A stretch of DNA of 60,703 bases from NCBI GenBank assembly GCA_964544765.1, contig CAZJDM010000004.1, forward strand, positions 1 through 60,703. Reading direction: 5' to 3'. Below are positions 19,228 to 29,981 of the stretch, piece after piece; within the stretch, counting starts at the first letter, position 1, and each line of letters begins with the position of its first letter. The stretch comes from an uncultured bacterium (lineage in GTDB: Bacteria; Bdellovibrionota_B; Oligoflexia; CAYFLR01). The notes below the pieces were generated by a model. That model had not been told where the DNA came from, searched no databases, and saw nothing but the letters and a program-made list of their open reading frames with translations. Made by a program: the position numbers and the translations under genes.

Positions 19228-22200
19228 TCAGTTGGAATTAAGTTCAACCGACACTACTTTAGTAACTCCTGGTTCTTGCATGGTTATACCAAATAGTCCA
19301 TTAGCCACCTCAACAGAACGTTTGTTATGCGTTATAACGATGAATTGAAAGGTAGATGATAACTCCTTAAGGAGTTTATTGTATCTAACCACGTTACTTT
19401 CATCTAGAGGAGCATCTACTTCATCTAAAATACAAAAACAAGTTGGCTTGGTCTTCAGCATAGAAAATATTAGGCTTATAGCGGTTAAGGCTTTTTCTCC
19501 ACCTGAAAACAAAGAAATACTCTGTAGTTTTTTTCCGGGCAAACTAGCAATAATATCGACACCAGCTTCGAGTATTTCTTTGTCATTATCAATTTCTAAT
19601 CTAGCTTCACCTCCAGAGAATAGAATTGGAAATAATTCACCAAAATGTTTATTAACCTGGTCAAAGGTCTTTTTGAACATTGTTTGAGCCATCTCATGAG
19701 AATCAGCAATAGCTGTTTGCAATTGTTCTATGGTGTTTTCAATATCTTCTTTCTGTTTTTGATTAAATTCAATTCTATCAACTATTTTATTAAAATCATC
19801 GATAGCTAATAAATTTACAGGACCTATCCATTCAATGTGTTCATTCAATTGTTTGATTCTAGCTTGAAGTTTATCTTCATTAAATTGTTCAGTAGTGTAT
19901 TGTTGGTAGTTTTCGGCTAAAGGTAATCCGGCTTTTTCAGAGTAATTTTCTTCTAACTGTTTCATATGAAGGTTAGTAGAGGCTACTTCCAATTGCAGTT
20001 TACTACTTTGATCTTTTAGTTTTTCTTTCTTTTGTATAGATGTTTTAAACTCTTTATCTAAGTCATTTAATTTATTTCTTAACAATTCCATATGTTGGTT
20101 GTTACTACCTAAAAACCCATCATGTTCTTTTTTAAGCATAATGGCCTTAACAACATCTTGATCTAATTTATCGATGTCTGCTTTTACCTCATTAATTTCG
20201 TTATTGGCGATTAAAATATCTTTTTCTCTTTTTTGAATACCTTCTTTTATTTTCTGTGTCGTTTGTATCAATTGTGATATTTCATTGTTCTTGGAATTTA
20301 TCTTTTCTTGTAAAGTAGCTAGAGATATTTTTTCTTTAGAGAATTGGTTTGAAATGTCTTTTTCTTGTTTTAATGAAGATTCTATATTCCTTTTTTCTCT
20401 TTTAATTTCTGTTTCTAGGGTTTGTTTAGCTTTTTCAGCATCACTTAATCGTTGTTGATTGTTATCAAGCTGGTTTTGGTATGTATTTTTTTCCTTTAAA
20501 AAATCATTAAATTCATTTTGTATTATGTTTTTTTCTTTTTCAAGGCGTGAAATATTCTCTAGCGTTTTTTCGAGATCTTTTTGATTAGTTAATACTTTTA
20601 CTTTATATTCATCTATTTCTTCATTAATTTTTTGTAGAGAATTCTTTATTTCGCTCTGATGTTCAGCTATTTGGGCTTTTTTATTTTCTAAATCAGTTTT
20701 TTGCAAAAATAGATGTTTCTGTTGAATCTCTAGTTCTTGAATTTGTTTTTTTTGTTTTTTATTCTTTAAAACTTCGTTGTCACTGGAATTCATTCCAATA
20801 TGGATGATCCCGCTTGATTCAATAATCTGGTTATTGTGTGTAATAATTAAGGAGGAGTTGAAAATTAATTCAATAATACTATTCAAGTTAGATAAATTGT
20901 CCAATACCCAAATACGTGAGAGTAGCCATTCAATTTCATCCTTGAATTTACCTGTAACCTTGAGAAAATGTTTTAACGGCAGGACATGATTGTTGTTATT
21001 ATCCTCGGACGATCCTAAAGGAAGCTCTGATTTGATTTTATTCTGATACTTAATTAAATTTTCAATATTTTCAATGCATAGAAGTGAAACATTATAGCCT
21101 TGGTCCGTTGCAATTTGGCATAGTTGATCCAAATCTTTTTTAGTTTCAACTACTATGGTATCTAAAAGAGGAAATAAAATCCTGTCAATTATCTCTGGAT
21201 TTAGTTTAGATTGAGTAATGAGGTTTTTATTTACTTTTAAACATTCTGATAATGCTGACCATTTTATGGTACAAGATTGTAGTTCTTTGGTAAAATCTTT
21301 GTCGTGTATAGTAATTTGGGAGAGGGTTTCTATTTTCGAATTATTGGAAATGTGTTGATTGTCAATATCCTTAAGTTGTTGTTCTAGAGAGATTAATTCA
21401 TTGTCAACCTGATCTTTCGTATTTAATAACTCTAATTTTTGGTTATCTTGGAGATCCTGTTCCTTTGTTAATTCTTGAGCAACTTTGCCGTGTTTATTTT
21501 GATTATTTGTTAAGGTTTTAATTTCAAGGTTTTTAGCTTGTAATTGTTCTTCAAAAGATATTCGGGTTGTATCAACATTGTTGATTTTATTTTGTAGGTC
21601 AACTGCCTTATTTTTGAAGAGAGATATTTCTTCTATTTTGGAAATTAAGAGATCTTGTTTATCTTCAATGAGTTGTTGGTTTTCTTTTAATTGTTTTTCT
21701 ATTGATAGTGATTGGGTCTTACTGAGATCAATCTTTTCATTTATTTTCTCAAGGATCTTTTTATTTTTGTTTATTTGCTTTTCTAAGGATAATTTTTCTT
21801 GTTCATTATTCTGAAGATCCTTTTGTGAATTAACGCATTCTTGTCCATCCTCTTCTTTGCGGTTATGTAGATCCTTTAATCTTTTTCCTAAAAACTCTCT
21901 TTTCGTTTCAGCGGAACTAATAAACTCTTCCTGTTTAAATACCTCTCTTTGGGCATTAGATAATTTACTTTCAAGAGGTATAATTTCATTTTGAATAGTG
22001 GATTTTTTTAGTTCATATGCTCCTAAAGCGGAGGCTACTTCGGTTTCTTCATCAAAGAGTCGCTCTGATTTTTTCTGATACTTTTCGAATCTTTTTTTAT
22101 AATTGTTATATTGATTAGCAATTAAGATAATTTCAGAATTTTTTAGCTCATTTTGTAGATCCTTGTAGCGGTTTGCCTTGTCTACCTGATCTTGGAGCCT

Positions 22201-22818
22201 GTTTTTTTGATCTTCCAGCTCTTTAAGGATATCGCTTATTCGATTTAAATTTTCCTGAGTACCTAGTAACATCTTTTCGGATTCATTGATTCTGGCTTTA
22301 TAGATAGTTACACCAGCGGTGTCCTCGATCATTTGCCTTATTTCTTCTGGTTTGGCACTTATTATTCTCTCAATCTGACCTTGAGCAATAATAGCGTAAG
22401 TTCTTGATCCTAAACCAGCAGAAAGAAAAAAATTGGTTATATCTTTTAGGCGACAGGCATTCTTATTGATGGAATAATCACGCTCACCAGTTCTGTAGAT
22501 TCGTCTAGTAAGTACAATCTCGCTATGGTTTATATATTCGGGGGGACAGTCTCCTTTATTGTTTAAGAAAGTTAAGCTAGCTTCAGCATAGTTGAGAGGT
22601 TTTTTATTTTTAGTTCCTCCGAAAATAATATCCGAAGATTCTTCTCCTCTTAAAATCCTAGGATTTTGTTCGCCCATAACCCAGCGAACTGAATCAACAA
22701 TATTAGATTTTCCACAACCATTAGGGCCAACGATTCCCGTTATTCCATTTTTAAATTCAAATGAAGTTGGTTCGACAAATGATTTGAAGCCAGTAATTTG
22801 TAATTTAGACAAGAACAT
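19228..22818 (-). CDS. smc: Chromosome segregation protein SMC
   Basis: GFKSF, GPNGCGKSN, long coiled coils, FSGGEK, LDEVDAPLD and VITH. Confidence 0.95.
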   Translation of the reverse strand: MFLSKLQITGFKSFVEPTSFEFKNGITGIVGPNGCGKSNIVDSVRWVMGEQNPRILRGEESSDIIFGGTKNKKPLNYAEASLTFLNNKGDCPPEYINHSEIVLTRRIYRTGERDYSINKNACRLKDITNFFLSAGLGSRTYAIIAQGQIERIISAKPEEIRQMIEDTAGVTIYKARINESEKMLLGTQENLNRISDILKELEDQKNRLQDQVDKANRYKDLQNELKNSEIILIANQYNNYKKRFEKYQKKSERLFDEETEVASALGAYELKKSTIQNEIIPLESKLSNAQREVFKQEEFISSAETKREFLGKRLKDLHNRKEEDGQECVNSQKDLQNNEQEKLSLEKQINKNKKILEKINEKIDLSKTQSLSIEKQLKENQQLIEDKQDLLISKIEEISLFKNKAVDLQNKINNVDTTRISFEEQLQAKNLEIKTLTNNQNKHGKVAQELTKEQDLQDNQKLELLNTKDQVDNELISLEQQLKDIDNQHISNNSKIETLSQITIHDKDFTKELQSCTIKWSALSECLKVNKNLITQSKLNPEIIDRILFPLLDTIVVETKKDLDQLCQIATDQGYNVSLLCIENIENLIKYQNKIKSELPLGSSEDNNNNHVLPLKHFLKVTGKFKDEIEWLLSRIWVLDNLSNLNSIIELIFNSSLIITHNNQIIESSGIIHIGMNSSDNEVLKNKKQKKQIQELEIQQKHLFLQKTDLENKKAQIAEHQSEIKNSLQKINEEIDEYKVKVLTNQKDLEKTLENISRLEKEKNIIQNEFNDFLKEKNTYQNQLDNNQQRLSDAEKAKQTLETEIKREKRNIESSLKQEKDISNQFSKEKISLATLQEKINSKNNEISQLIQTTQKIKEGIQKREKDILIANNEINEVKADIDKLDQDVVKAIMLKKEHDGFLGSNNQHMELLRNKLNDLDKEFKTSIQKKEKLKDQSSKLQLEVASTNLHMKQLEENYSEKAGLPLAENYQQYTTEQFNEDKLQARIKQLNEHIEWIGPVNLLAIDDFNKIVDRIEFNQKQKEDIENTIEQLQTAIADSHEMAQTMFKKTFDQVNKHFGELFPILFSGGEARLEIDNDKEILEAGVDIIASLPGKKLQSISLFSGGEKALTAISLIFSMLKTKPTCFCILDEVDAPLDESNVVRYNKLLKELSSTFQFIVITHNKRSVEVANGLFGITMQEPGVTKVVSVELNSN

Positions 22819-22856
22819 ATTAATTAATATTCCTTCACTAATTAACAGCGTATATA

Positions 22857-24170
22857 TCAGTCAATAGTTCTTAATTCAGAGAACTTACCATCAACATAGG
22901 AAACTACACTAATAGAATTAATATACATATTTAAGATATAAAATTTATCATTACTTTTAGTGAAATCTAAACTACCCGCTCCATTAGGTAAATTATACTG
23001 AGGAAGCTTATTTTTGTCAGTAGTCACGGGTACGTGTTCAATCGCAAGGCTTGATTGAACGTTGTTAGCATATTCTTTATTGTATTTCCAATTGACTGTA
23101 AGAAGTTTTTCAGTTCCATTCTCCTGAAAATAGTAAAACTCAACAGGAAAGTCGTTATTTACATCTTTATCGAATTCAAACAATCGAATTATCTCAAATT
23201 TAAGATCGTTTGATGTTTGATAGTTAGATACTACAAAGACAGTTCCGTTTCCTCTAATTGTAGTGATGAAAGCCTCTTCATTACGAGCTAGTTGCTGGGC
23301 CGACCAATCATTATTGTTGCTGTTTTCTGAAGTGGTATCAGGGGTGGAAGCTTCATCTTTTTCGATAACATATTTAACAATGAAGTTTCCCCAAACAGTA
23401 TCGTCTCGGTTAAAACCTTTTATGTAAGCAGAGTATGGCTGGTAATCAGTTTGATCTAAATTATCCAGTTCATAAATGAAGTACTTATATATATGAGCAT
23501 TAGATTCCTTAATTTGTTTTACTTTGGATTCATTAGGATCCAGCATACCGGGATAAGTGGGTAAAAACAAAAGGGCGTTTCTTTCGGGGATATAGTGCAT
23601 GACTTCAGTATGTAATTCAAGCTTTGCAAGTAGTTTTGTTTGGGGAACTCCAGGAGTAATTTGATATAAATAGCTATTATCATAATGAATAATTCCGGCA
23701 ATGGGCCTGGTTCTGGTTGTAACAAAAACTCTTTGTTCGTTCTCATCAGACTCAAGCATATAGGGAGCAGAGGTAGTTTCTGCTCCCTCAAAATCAAATT
23801 CGTAATTTAATTCAAATTTAGGTGAGAGCGGGTTAGAAACATCAAATTGCATAACATTTCTGTTTAAAAAACAGGAAATTAACAATTTTCTTTTATTTTT
23901 TAGTAATAACATTTTTGAGGAGAGTGAGGGAATTTCAACAGCAGCTACTTTTTTATCAGTATTTGTGTCAATAACTAACAAAGAACCTGTTTTGTAGATA
24001 TGATTATAATTGCTATTAATGACCAGTAAATAGTTGTCAATTAGGACCTGATCCATGGGACCACTAAGATTGAGTTGTATCTCGCTGGTTTTTTCTTCAC
24101 TATCGTTACAGTTCACAACGATCAGGCTTAGAGTCATTATTATTGAAAAGATAAAAGCAATCAATCTCAT
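22857..24170 (-). CDS. Lipoprotein with a probable YVTN-like beta-propeller
   Basis: Lipobox VVNC; GSLLVIDT and NSISVV propeller-like strands. Confidence 0.6.
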   Translation of the reverse strand: MRLIAFIFSIIMTLSLIVVNCNDSEEKTSEIQLNLSGPMDQVLIDNYLLVINSNYNHIYKTGSLLVIDTNTDKKVAAVEIPSLSSKMLLLKNKRKLLISCFLNRNVMQFDVSNPLSPKFELNYEFDFEGAETTSAPYMLESDENEQRVFVTTRTRPIAGIIHYDNSYLYQITPGVPQTKLLAKLELHTEVMHYIPERNALLFLPTYPGMLDPNESKVKQIKESNAHIYKYFIYELDNLDQTDYQPYSAYIKGFNRDDTVWGNFIVKYVIEKDEASTPDTTSENSNNNDWSAQQLARNEEAFITTIRGNGTVFVVSNYQTSNDLKFEIIRLFEFDKDVNNDFPVEFYYFQENGTEKLLTVNWKYNKEYANNVQSSLAIEHVPVTTDKNKLPQYNLPNGAGSLDFTKSNDKFYILNMYINSISVVSYVDGKFSELRTID

Positions 24171-24409
24171 AACGCGTAATTATTACATTTGCTTTTATTT
24201 AAAAGCAACATAAAAACAAAAAAAGTGCTCAATTCTCAGTCTTCTGCTATCAGAAAAGTTACTCTAGTTGAAAACTGTTTGTTGTTACCAGAGGCCGCAA
24301 GTTATTAAAGTTTTATTATACATAGTAGAGTAATACTATGATATTATGGAAAAGATACAATGATTTAATATAAATAGATCTTTATAACAAATCTAAGGAC
24401 CAAAAAAAT

Positions 24410-24793
24410 ATGACAGTAAAAAAAGTCTTAATTATTGATTATTCAGCATCAATACGGATGCTAATAAAAATGTCAATACGTAAATACGGATGTGATATTT
24501 GTGATGCTGTGGATGGAGCCGATGGTATAAAAAGGGCTCACGCAGAAAAATTTGATATTATTTTTACGGCTTATGATATACCAGAAATGAATGCTTTTGA
24601 AATGATTGAGAAGATAAGAGAGATTCCGGGTTATTCAAAAACACCTTTTGTTGTTATTGCTACAAATACCAATAATGTCATGGCAATGAAAAGGCGCAAA
24701 TTAGGAGTAAAAGCCTGGATAACAAAGCCTTTTCAACCTATGGCGCTAGCAAAGGTAATGGATCATTATATATCTAAACCATCAAAAAAATAA
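24410..24793 (+). CDS. Single-domain CheY-like pseudo-receiver
   Basis: KKVLIID, A.DG, P.M...E and WITKPF, but the phosphoacceptor position is Ala. Confidence 0.85.
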   Translation: MTVKKVLIIDYSASIRMLIKMSIRKYGCDICDAVDGADGIKRAHAEKFDIIFTAYDIPEMNAFEMIEKIREIPGYSKTPFVVIATNTNNVMAMKRRKLGVKAWITKPFQPMALAKVMDHYISKPSKK

Positions 24794-24808
24794 AAAATAG
24801 GGAGAAAA

Positions 24809-25282
24809 ATGTCAAATACAGGTTTTTCAATTGAAGCTAAGGCTGGATGTTACCATATTCGAGGAATTATTGATGAAAATGCCGATTTTTCAATTTTGAT
24901 CAGAGCTACAGAAAATCCGGTTATTATTGATTTTGAACAAGCCGAAAGTCTCAATTCGTATGGAATCAGAAAATGGGTAGAAATGCTGCATAATCACATA
25001 AGAAAAAGTATTATTTATAGAAACTGTCCCGTTTTTATAATTGATCAGTTAAATATTGTCTCTAGCTTGTTGTCAACTAATGTTAAAGTAGAATCAATGT
25101 ATTTACCATATCATTGTCCTAATTGCGATGTAGAAAAGGAGCAAGATGTAAAGATAGATACGGATAAAATCAACGGAAAAGAGTTTTTTAAAAAAGTAAG
25201 TAAGCAATTTAAGTGCAATAAATGTAAAAACTTCCTCAAATTTTATGATGATGAGGCGGGATATTTTAACTTCTTATTTTGA
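24809..25282 (+). CDS. STAS-like domain protein with a C-terminal Zn ribbon
   Basis: G.IDENADF, LNSYGIRKW, CP...IDQLN, VES..LPY.CPNC and CNKC. Confidence 0.7.
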   Translation: MSNTGFSIEAKAGCYHIRGIIDENADFSILIRATENPVIIDFEQAESLNSYGIRKWVEMLHNHIRKSIIYRNCPVFIIDQLNIVSSLLSTNVKVESMYLPYHCPNCDVEKEQDVKIDTDKINGKEFFKKVSKQFKCNKCKNFLKFYDDEAGYFNFLF

Positions 25283-26032
25283 TACTTTTTCCTTTTGAGT
25301 AACCTGGTGATTGGGTGACTGAGTGACTGGCTCAGTTTGTCTTTTCTTGTAAACATGGTTTCTTAAGTTTTTAATAACCTTAATTACTCTCCATTCAATA
25401 TTTTTTTTATAAACAGACAGGCTCAAAAACAAATCTATAAAAGAAGCTAATCTGGTTTCGCAATGGAAACGAATGATACTTTTATTCTTATCTCCTTCAA
25501 CCCCTAGTTTGAGTAAAAAATGCTTTATAATGGTACTATATCCTCCAATGCCAATGTGTAGGTCTTTAATTTGACCGTTAGAATAATTAGCTTGATCAAT
25601 AGAGAAACCAATTTCATTACCTGTACTGCCAAAGGGCCAAATAAGATCAATATCGTAACCAATAATAAACATACCTAAGTTTTTTTTCTCTATAAATTGT
25701 AAAGAACGGATAAGGGAAATAAAGTCTTTTGGTTCTTCTTTGGTACCATTAATATCAAAAAGCGCCCAATTATCAAATGATTTGAAATCACTTGCAACAC
25801 TGGCTAATTCCTTTAAAGGTACGTCTAATTCAATGTATCCATCTGTTATATATAATGATTCCTGGCTATTATAGCTTGTTTCAGTTACTGCATTTTGAGC
25901 TACTGAATCAAGTAGACCATACAAAGAAAATGAGGGGGACAACAAGGATAATAAAAAATAAGACAATAAAAGAAAACCATATATAATTCGAGACATATAA
26001 GAAGCCTTTGGTAAGTTTTTTTTATTATACAA
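25274..26032 (-). CDS. Exported hypothetical protein, possibly START/SRPBCC-like
   Basis: Hydrophobic N-terminus and a VPL.....V.SDF.SF..W pattern. Start probably an ATG a few codons in. Confidence 0.55.
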   Translation of the reverse strand: MYNKKNLPKASYMSRIIYGFLLLSYFLLSLLSPSFSLYGLLDSVAQNAVTETSYNSQESLYITDGYIELDVPLKELASVASDFKSFDNWALFDINGTKEEPKDFISLIRSLQFIEKKNLGMFIIGYDIDLIWPFGSTGNEIGFSIDQANYSNGQIKDLHIGIGGYSTIIKHFLLKLGVEGDKNKSIIRFHCETRLASFIDLFLSLSVYKKNIEWRVIKVIKNLRNHVYKKRQTEPVTQSPNHQVTQKEKVSK

Positions 26033-26354
26033 ATGTGTGAATAATTCTCAATAGCAATAATTTGGAAATTATTCATGATGAAAAAGATACATAATTCCTG
26101 GTCAAAAATAAGCGGAATTAAGTAAATTAAGTAAATATGGATATTGAAGAGGTGTTAGAAAGCTAGGAATTTGAAAAATGGCTATTTATAGGGAGTATTT
26201 ACAGTAATTTGCGTAAATATAAGAACATATAAGGCGAATTAATTGGCCAGGTAGTCAAATATGTGCTAGCTTCAAAATCAGAAATAAAAAGTAAATCTTA
26301 GAAATGCTTAATGAACAACGATGTTCAATGATCTTTAAACCATGAGGGGGAAGC

Positions 26355-27782
26355 ATGCTAAAGTATACGGTAGTGGTAAGTGTCTTTTTATTTTTTGGTG
26401 TTGTACAGGCAGTGCCTGTGAGTGTGATCGATTCTGGTACAGACTTCAACCACAATTATTTTAATGGCTTCCTTCATTCATCGGGCGATGTTCCTGGTAA
26501 TCAAATTGATGATGATGAAAATGGTTACACTGATGATACCTATGGTTGGAATTTTGCAGAAAATAACTCAACACAGGTTAACTATGATGTAATTCCTTCT
26601 GAGTTTGCTGATTATGTACGAGCACTTGATATATTAATGCTTTTACAAGCTAAAGTAAGTATATCAGATCAAGATTTTGATTGGATAAGAGATAAATGGA
26701 CCAATGAGCAGAGTAAGGTATTTAGAACTAACGTATCTAATACGGCTCAATTTTCTCATGGGACTCATGTCGCTGGAATTTCTCTTAAGGAATCTAATTT
26801 TACCTCTGAGATAAGCGCTTTACAAATTATGCCTACAGTAGCTTTTCTTCCTTTAGATCAGGTGATAGAGGAGCCTAACCCTGATACTGATGATAATGAC
26901 AACAGTAATGATGATGAAGAAATTGCGGATGAGGAGTTTATAGAGGTTTTTAAAATTTGGGCCGAAGAGAATAGTGATTCCTGGTTGAAAGAAATTGAAT
27001 TACTTACCTATCAACAGGTTAGGGTTGCAAATTGCTCATTTGGTTTTGGTTATATGCAAGCTTCTGATTTAATCAAAAAACTTTGTAAGTTGAATAAATT
27101 AGACTGCGATGCTGATAGAGTGGCTCGTTTAGCAAGGCATCTACTGTCTATATATAAGCGACCAGATTCAGAAAGGTTGGTCGATACTAACTCCAACATT
27201 CTGTTTGTAATGGCTTCTGGTAATGATGGATTGGATAACGATGTATATCCCGATGAGCCCGGCAATTATGTAACTGACAATCGTATTACCGTTGCATCTC
27301 TTAGTCACGATCTTAAATCATTAGCTGATTTTTCTAATTACGGCCCTACATCGGTGGATGTTGCTGCTCCAGGAGAATTAATCAGATCTACTTATCCACA
27401 ACATCTAAAAGGGCGAATGAGCGGAACTTCTCAGGCAGCGCCTTATGTAATGGGAGTAGCTGCTGCAGTGTTGGATGTAAATTCAAAATTAACTGCCTCC
27501 AAAGTAAAGCAAATAATTCTAACCACTGTAGATGAGAAGGATTGGTTGAAAGACAAAGTACTTTCAAGTGGTGTTGTCAATAGAGCTAGAGCGTTAAAAG
27601 CTGCTGAACTATCTTTAACTATGCCTTTGGATGATGCAATAAATGAAGCAAGCTTAGCGGTACCTGATGCTGCTGATAATACTACCAGATTTTCTACAAA
27701 TAAACAGTATGATCCTCGATTTACTCCTGATATGATGAATTTTGTATCTGAAATAATACAAAAATCTAGGCCAATGTTATAA
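26355..27782 (+). CDS. Secreted S8 subtilisin-like serine protease
   Basis: Signal peptide and catalytic motifs VIDSG, HGTHVAG, ASGN and SGTSQAAP. Confidence 0.93.
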   Translation: MLKYTVVVSVFLFFGVVQAVPVSVIDSGTDFNHNYFNGFLHSSGDVPGNQIDDDENGYTDDTYGWNFAENNSTQVNYDVIPSEFADYVRALDILMLLQAKVSISDQDFDWIRDKWTNEQSKVFRTNVSNTAQFSHGTHVAGISLKESNFTSEISALQIMPTVAFLPLDQVIEEPNPDTDDNDNSNDDEEIADEEFIEVFKIWAEENSDSWLKEIELLTYQQVRVANCSFGFGYMQASDLIKKLCKLNKLDCDADRVARLARHLLSIYKRPDSERLVDTNSNILFVMASGNDGLDNDVYPDEPGNYVTDNRITVASLSHDLKSLADFSNYGPTSVDVAAPGELIRSTYPQHLKGRMSGTSQAAPYVMGVAAAVLDVNSKLTASKVKQIILTTVDEKDWLKDKVLSSGVVNRARALKAAELSLTMPLDDAINEASLAVPDAADNTTRFSTNKQYDPRFTPDMMNFVSEIIQKSRPML

Positions 27783-27829
27783 CAGCGCCGATGTCATTTA
27801 TCCTAGTATTTATTCTAAAATTGTAAATC

Positions 27830-27871
27830 ACGTCGTGGGCAGAAAACTGCACACGGCGTTAAATCTTTTTT
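27830..27871 (+). terminator. Terminator-like hairpin after the subtilase
   Basis: ACGTCGTGGGCAG-aaaa-CTGCACACGGCGT with a T run shortly downstream. Confidence 0.6.
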
Positions 27872-27943
27872 ACCAGTGCTTATTGATAACTTACTGATAT
27901 CACATCTCTAATTTGTGGCAATTGTAAGAATATTAAAATCAGC

Positions 27944-27970
27944 TAAAGTGAACGTGGAAAATTCCGATCA
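27944..27970 (+). promoter_or_regulatory. sigma28 (FliA)-type promoter of the HD-GYP gene
   Basis: TAAA-N15-TCCGATCA. Confidence 0.55.
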
Positions 27971-28063
27971 TAACACTATAAGGCATTTATTTAGAATTAA
28001 AGTACTAAATGTATTTTGATTAGGTGTGTTAATTGTATTAGTTGCTAATGGTTCGAGGTTAGC

Positions 28064-29641
28064 ATGGCCAAATATAATAAAGCATTTGTAAAAAGATCTT
28101 CAGAAAAAAAACATGATAAAAAAGAATATGATGGATCAGCATTTATTGAAGAGTCTCATGATAGTCAAGTCGAATCAAGTTCGCCAAAAGTCAGTAGACT
28201 GATAGAGCGACAAACTTGGAAAATAATGTTGGTAGGTAACTATGAGGATATAATTAAAGATCCTACAGGAATTTTAAGAAATAACCCTTTCCAAGAAAGA
28301 GGGTTGCAATTCATAACTGCTTCGACCATAGAAGAAGCCAAGGAACAATTGAGAATTTATAAGGATATTGCGGTTATTGTGATAGATTTAGTTTTGGAAA
28401 AAGGTTCCTCGGGTTTAGAACTTGTAGAATATATTAGAGATGAATTGCAAAACAATGATACACGTGTAGTTTTACAGTCCCAGCAAGTAGATGTATCTGA
28501 ACCTGAAAAAATAATGAGCCGTTATGAAATTAATGATTTTATGATAAATAAAACTCAATTAACATCCCAGGATTTATTTATAACTATTCTTTCATCATTG
28601 CGATCCTTTAGTGATATAAATTCAATTGAAAAATCCAAGAATGAGCTTGAAATATTTATTGATAGTTTGATTAGATATTCTGCTGCAATTATTGATGACA
28701 GAAGTAAGCAAACAGCGGGTCATTCTAGAAGAGTTGCTGAATATGCTTATTTACTCGCATTAGAAATAAATGAATGTAAGAATATAGAATCTTTAAGTAA
28801 AATCAACTTTGATGAAAGTCAGCTAAAGGAATTATGGCTGGCAGCATGGCTTCATGATATTGGGAAAATAGGAATACCGGAAGTGATTTTAGATAAAGAT
28901 AAAAAGCTTACAGCTATCTCAGATAGATTGGAAGAAATCGAGTATCGAATTTTGTTGAAAAAGAGTTTAGATGTTATTGAGGTATTAAAAGCTGAACTAC
29001 CTAAAGATAAGTTAAATCAAATATTGGGTACTTTGGAACAAGATCAAGATATTTATGATGAAGCTTTATTGTTCCTTAGACAAGCAAATACTGGTGAAGA
29101 ATATATGTCCGATGAAAAACTGAAAAAATTGAATAAGCTAGCCCAGTGGCGCTATTATGATGGGCAAAATCATAGAAGTAAGCCAATTTTAACCGAAGAA
29201 GAGTTAGAAAAATTGTCAGTTAGAAAAGGGAATCTTACTAAAGCCGAGCGTGAACAAATAAAGAATCATGCTAATATTACCCAAAAAATATTGGATGGAA
29301 TGATTTTTCCAGGTCAATACAAGAATATTCAGAAATTTGCTTACTTACATCATGAAAAATTAAACGGTGAAGGGTATCCTTTGGGGTTGATAGAAGGTCA
29401 AATTCCAATTCAGGCCCAGATTTTAGCTCTAGTAGATATCTATGATGCACTTATCTCAACTGATAGAAAATATAAAAAACCCTATTCATCTCAGGAAGCC
29501 ATAGAAATTTTAAGAAAAGAGGTAGAAAAGGGAGCCCTAAATAAAGATCTATTTAAGCTTTTTATTGATACCCAAATATACAATAAAGTAGAAGCTAGAG
29601 GAGAGAGAAGGTTCCCATCTATGGAGAAAATTGCCTCTTAA
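28064..29641 (+). CDS. Receiver-HD-GYP cyclic-di-GMP phosphodiesterase
   Basis: Receiver-like IAVIVIDLVLE...GL.LV..IR; GHSRRVA, LHDIGK, HHEKLNGEGYP and DIYDAL...R.YK. Confidence 0.9.
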   Translation: MAKYNKAFVKRSSEKKHDKKEYDGSAFIEESHDSQVESSSPKVSRLIERQTWKIMLVGNYEDIIKDPTGILRNNPFQERGLQFITASTIEEAKEQLRIYKDIAVIVIDLVLEKGSSGLELVEYIRDELQNNDTRVVLQSQQVDVSEPEKIMSRYEINDFMINKTQLTSQDLFITILSSLRSFSDINSIEKSKNELEIFIDSLIRYSAAIIDDRSKQTAGHSRRVAEYAYLLALEINECKNIESLSKINFDESQLKELWLAAWLHDIGKIGIPEVILDKDKKLTAISDRLEEIEYRILLKKSLDVIEVLKAELPKDKLNQILGTLEQDQDIYDEALLFLRQANTGEEYMSDEKLKKLNKLAQWRYYDGQNHRSKPILTEEELEKLSVRKGNLTKAEREQIKNHANITQKILDGMIFPGQYKNIQKFAYLHHEKLNGEGYPLGLIEGQIPIQAQILALVDIYDALISTDRKYKKPYSSQEAIEILRKEVEKGALNKDLFKLFIDTQIYNKVEARGERRFPSMEKIAS

Positions 29642-29981
29642 TTAAGAACAATTCAATTAAGGCCATTAGTAAAATTACCAAGTTAAGAAGCCAAATGGTA
29701 GGAGTTTCTTGTGATATTATTTGAGATAGTCAGGACTTAATCGTACATATTATTGATGACCGGTCAGTTGTTTGTGCGACAGCAGAAGGTCGAGTGCTTT
29801 ATGTGCTTTAGAAATTTAATATTTGACAATCATCTACTTTTGCCTAATATTAAACTGCCTATTTATAGCTTGGTAAACTATTTATTTATTTACTTGGCTT
29901 TAAATACAATAAGTGATAAAAGTATACAAAAAAATTGGGTAAATAATACTTTGCTCTCGATTATTTTAAAAGGGGTGTATT

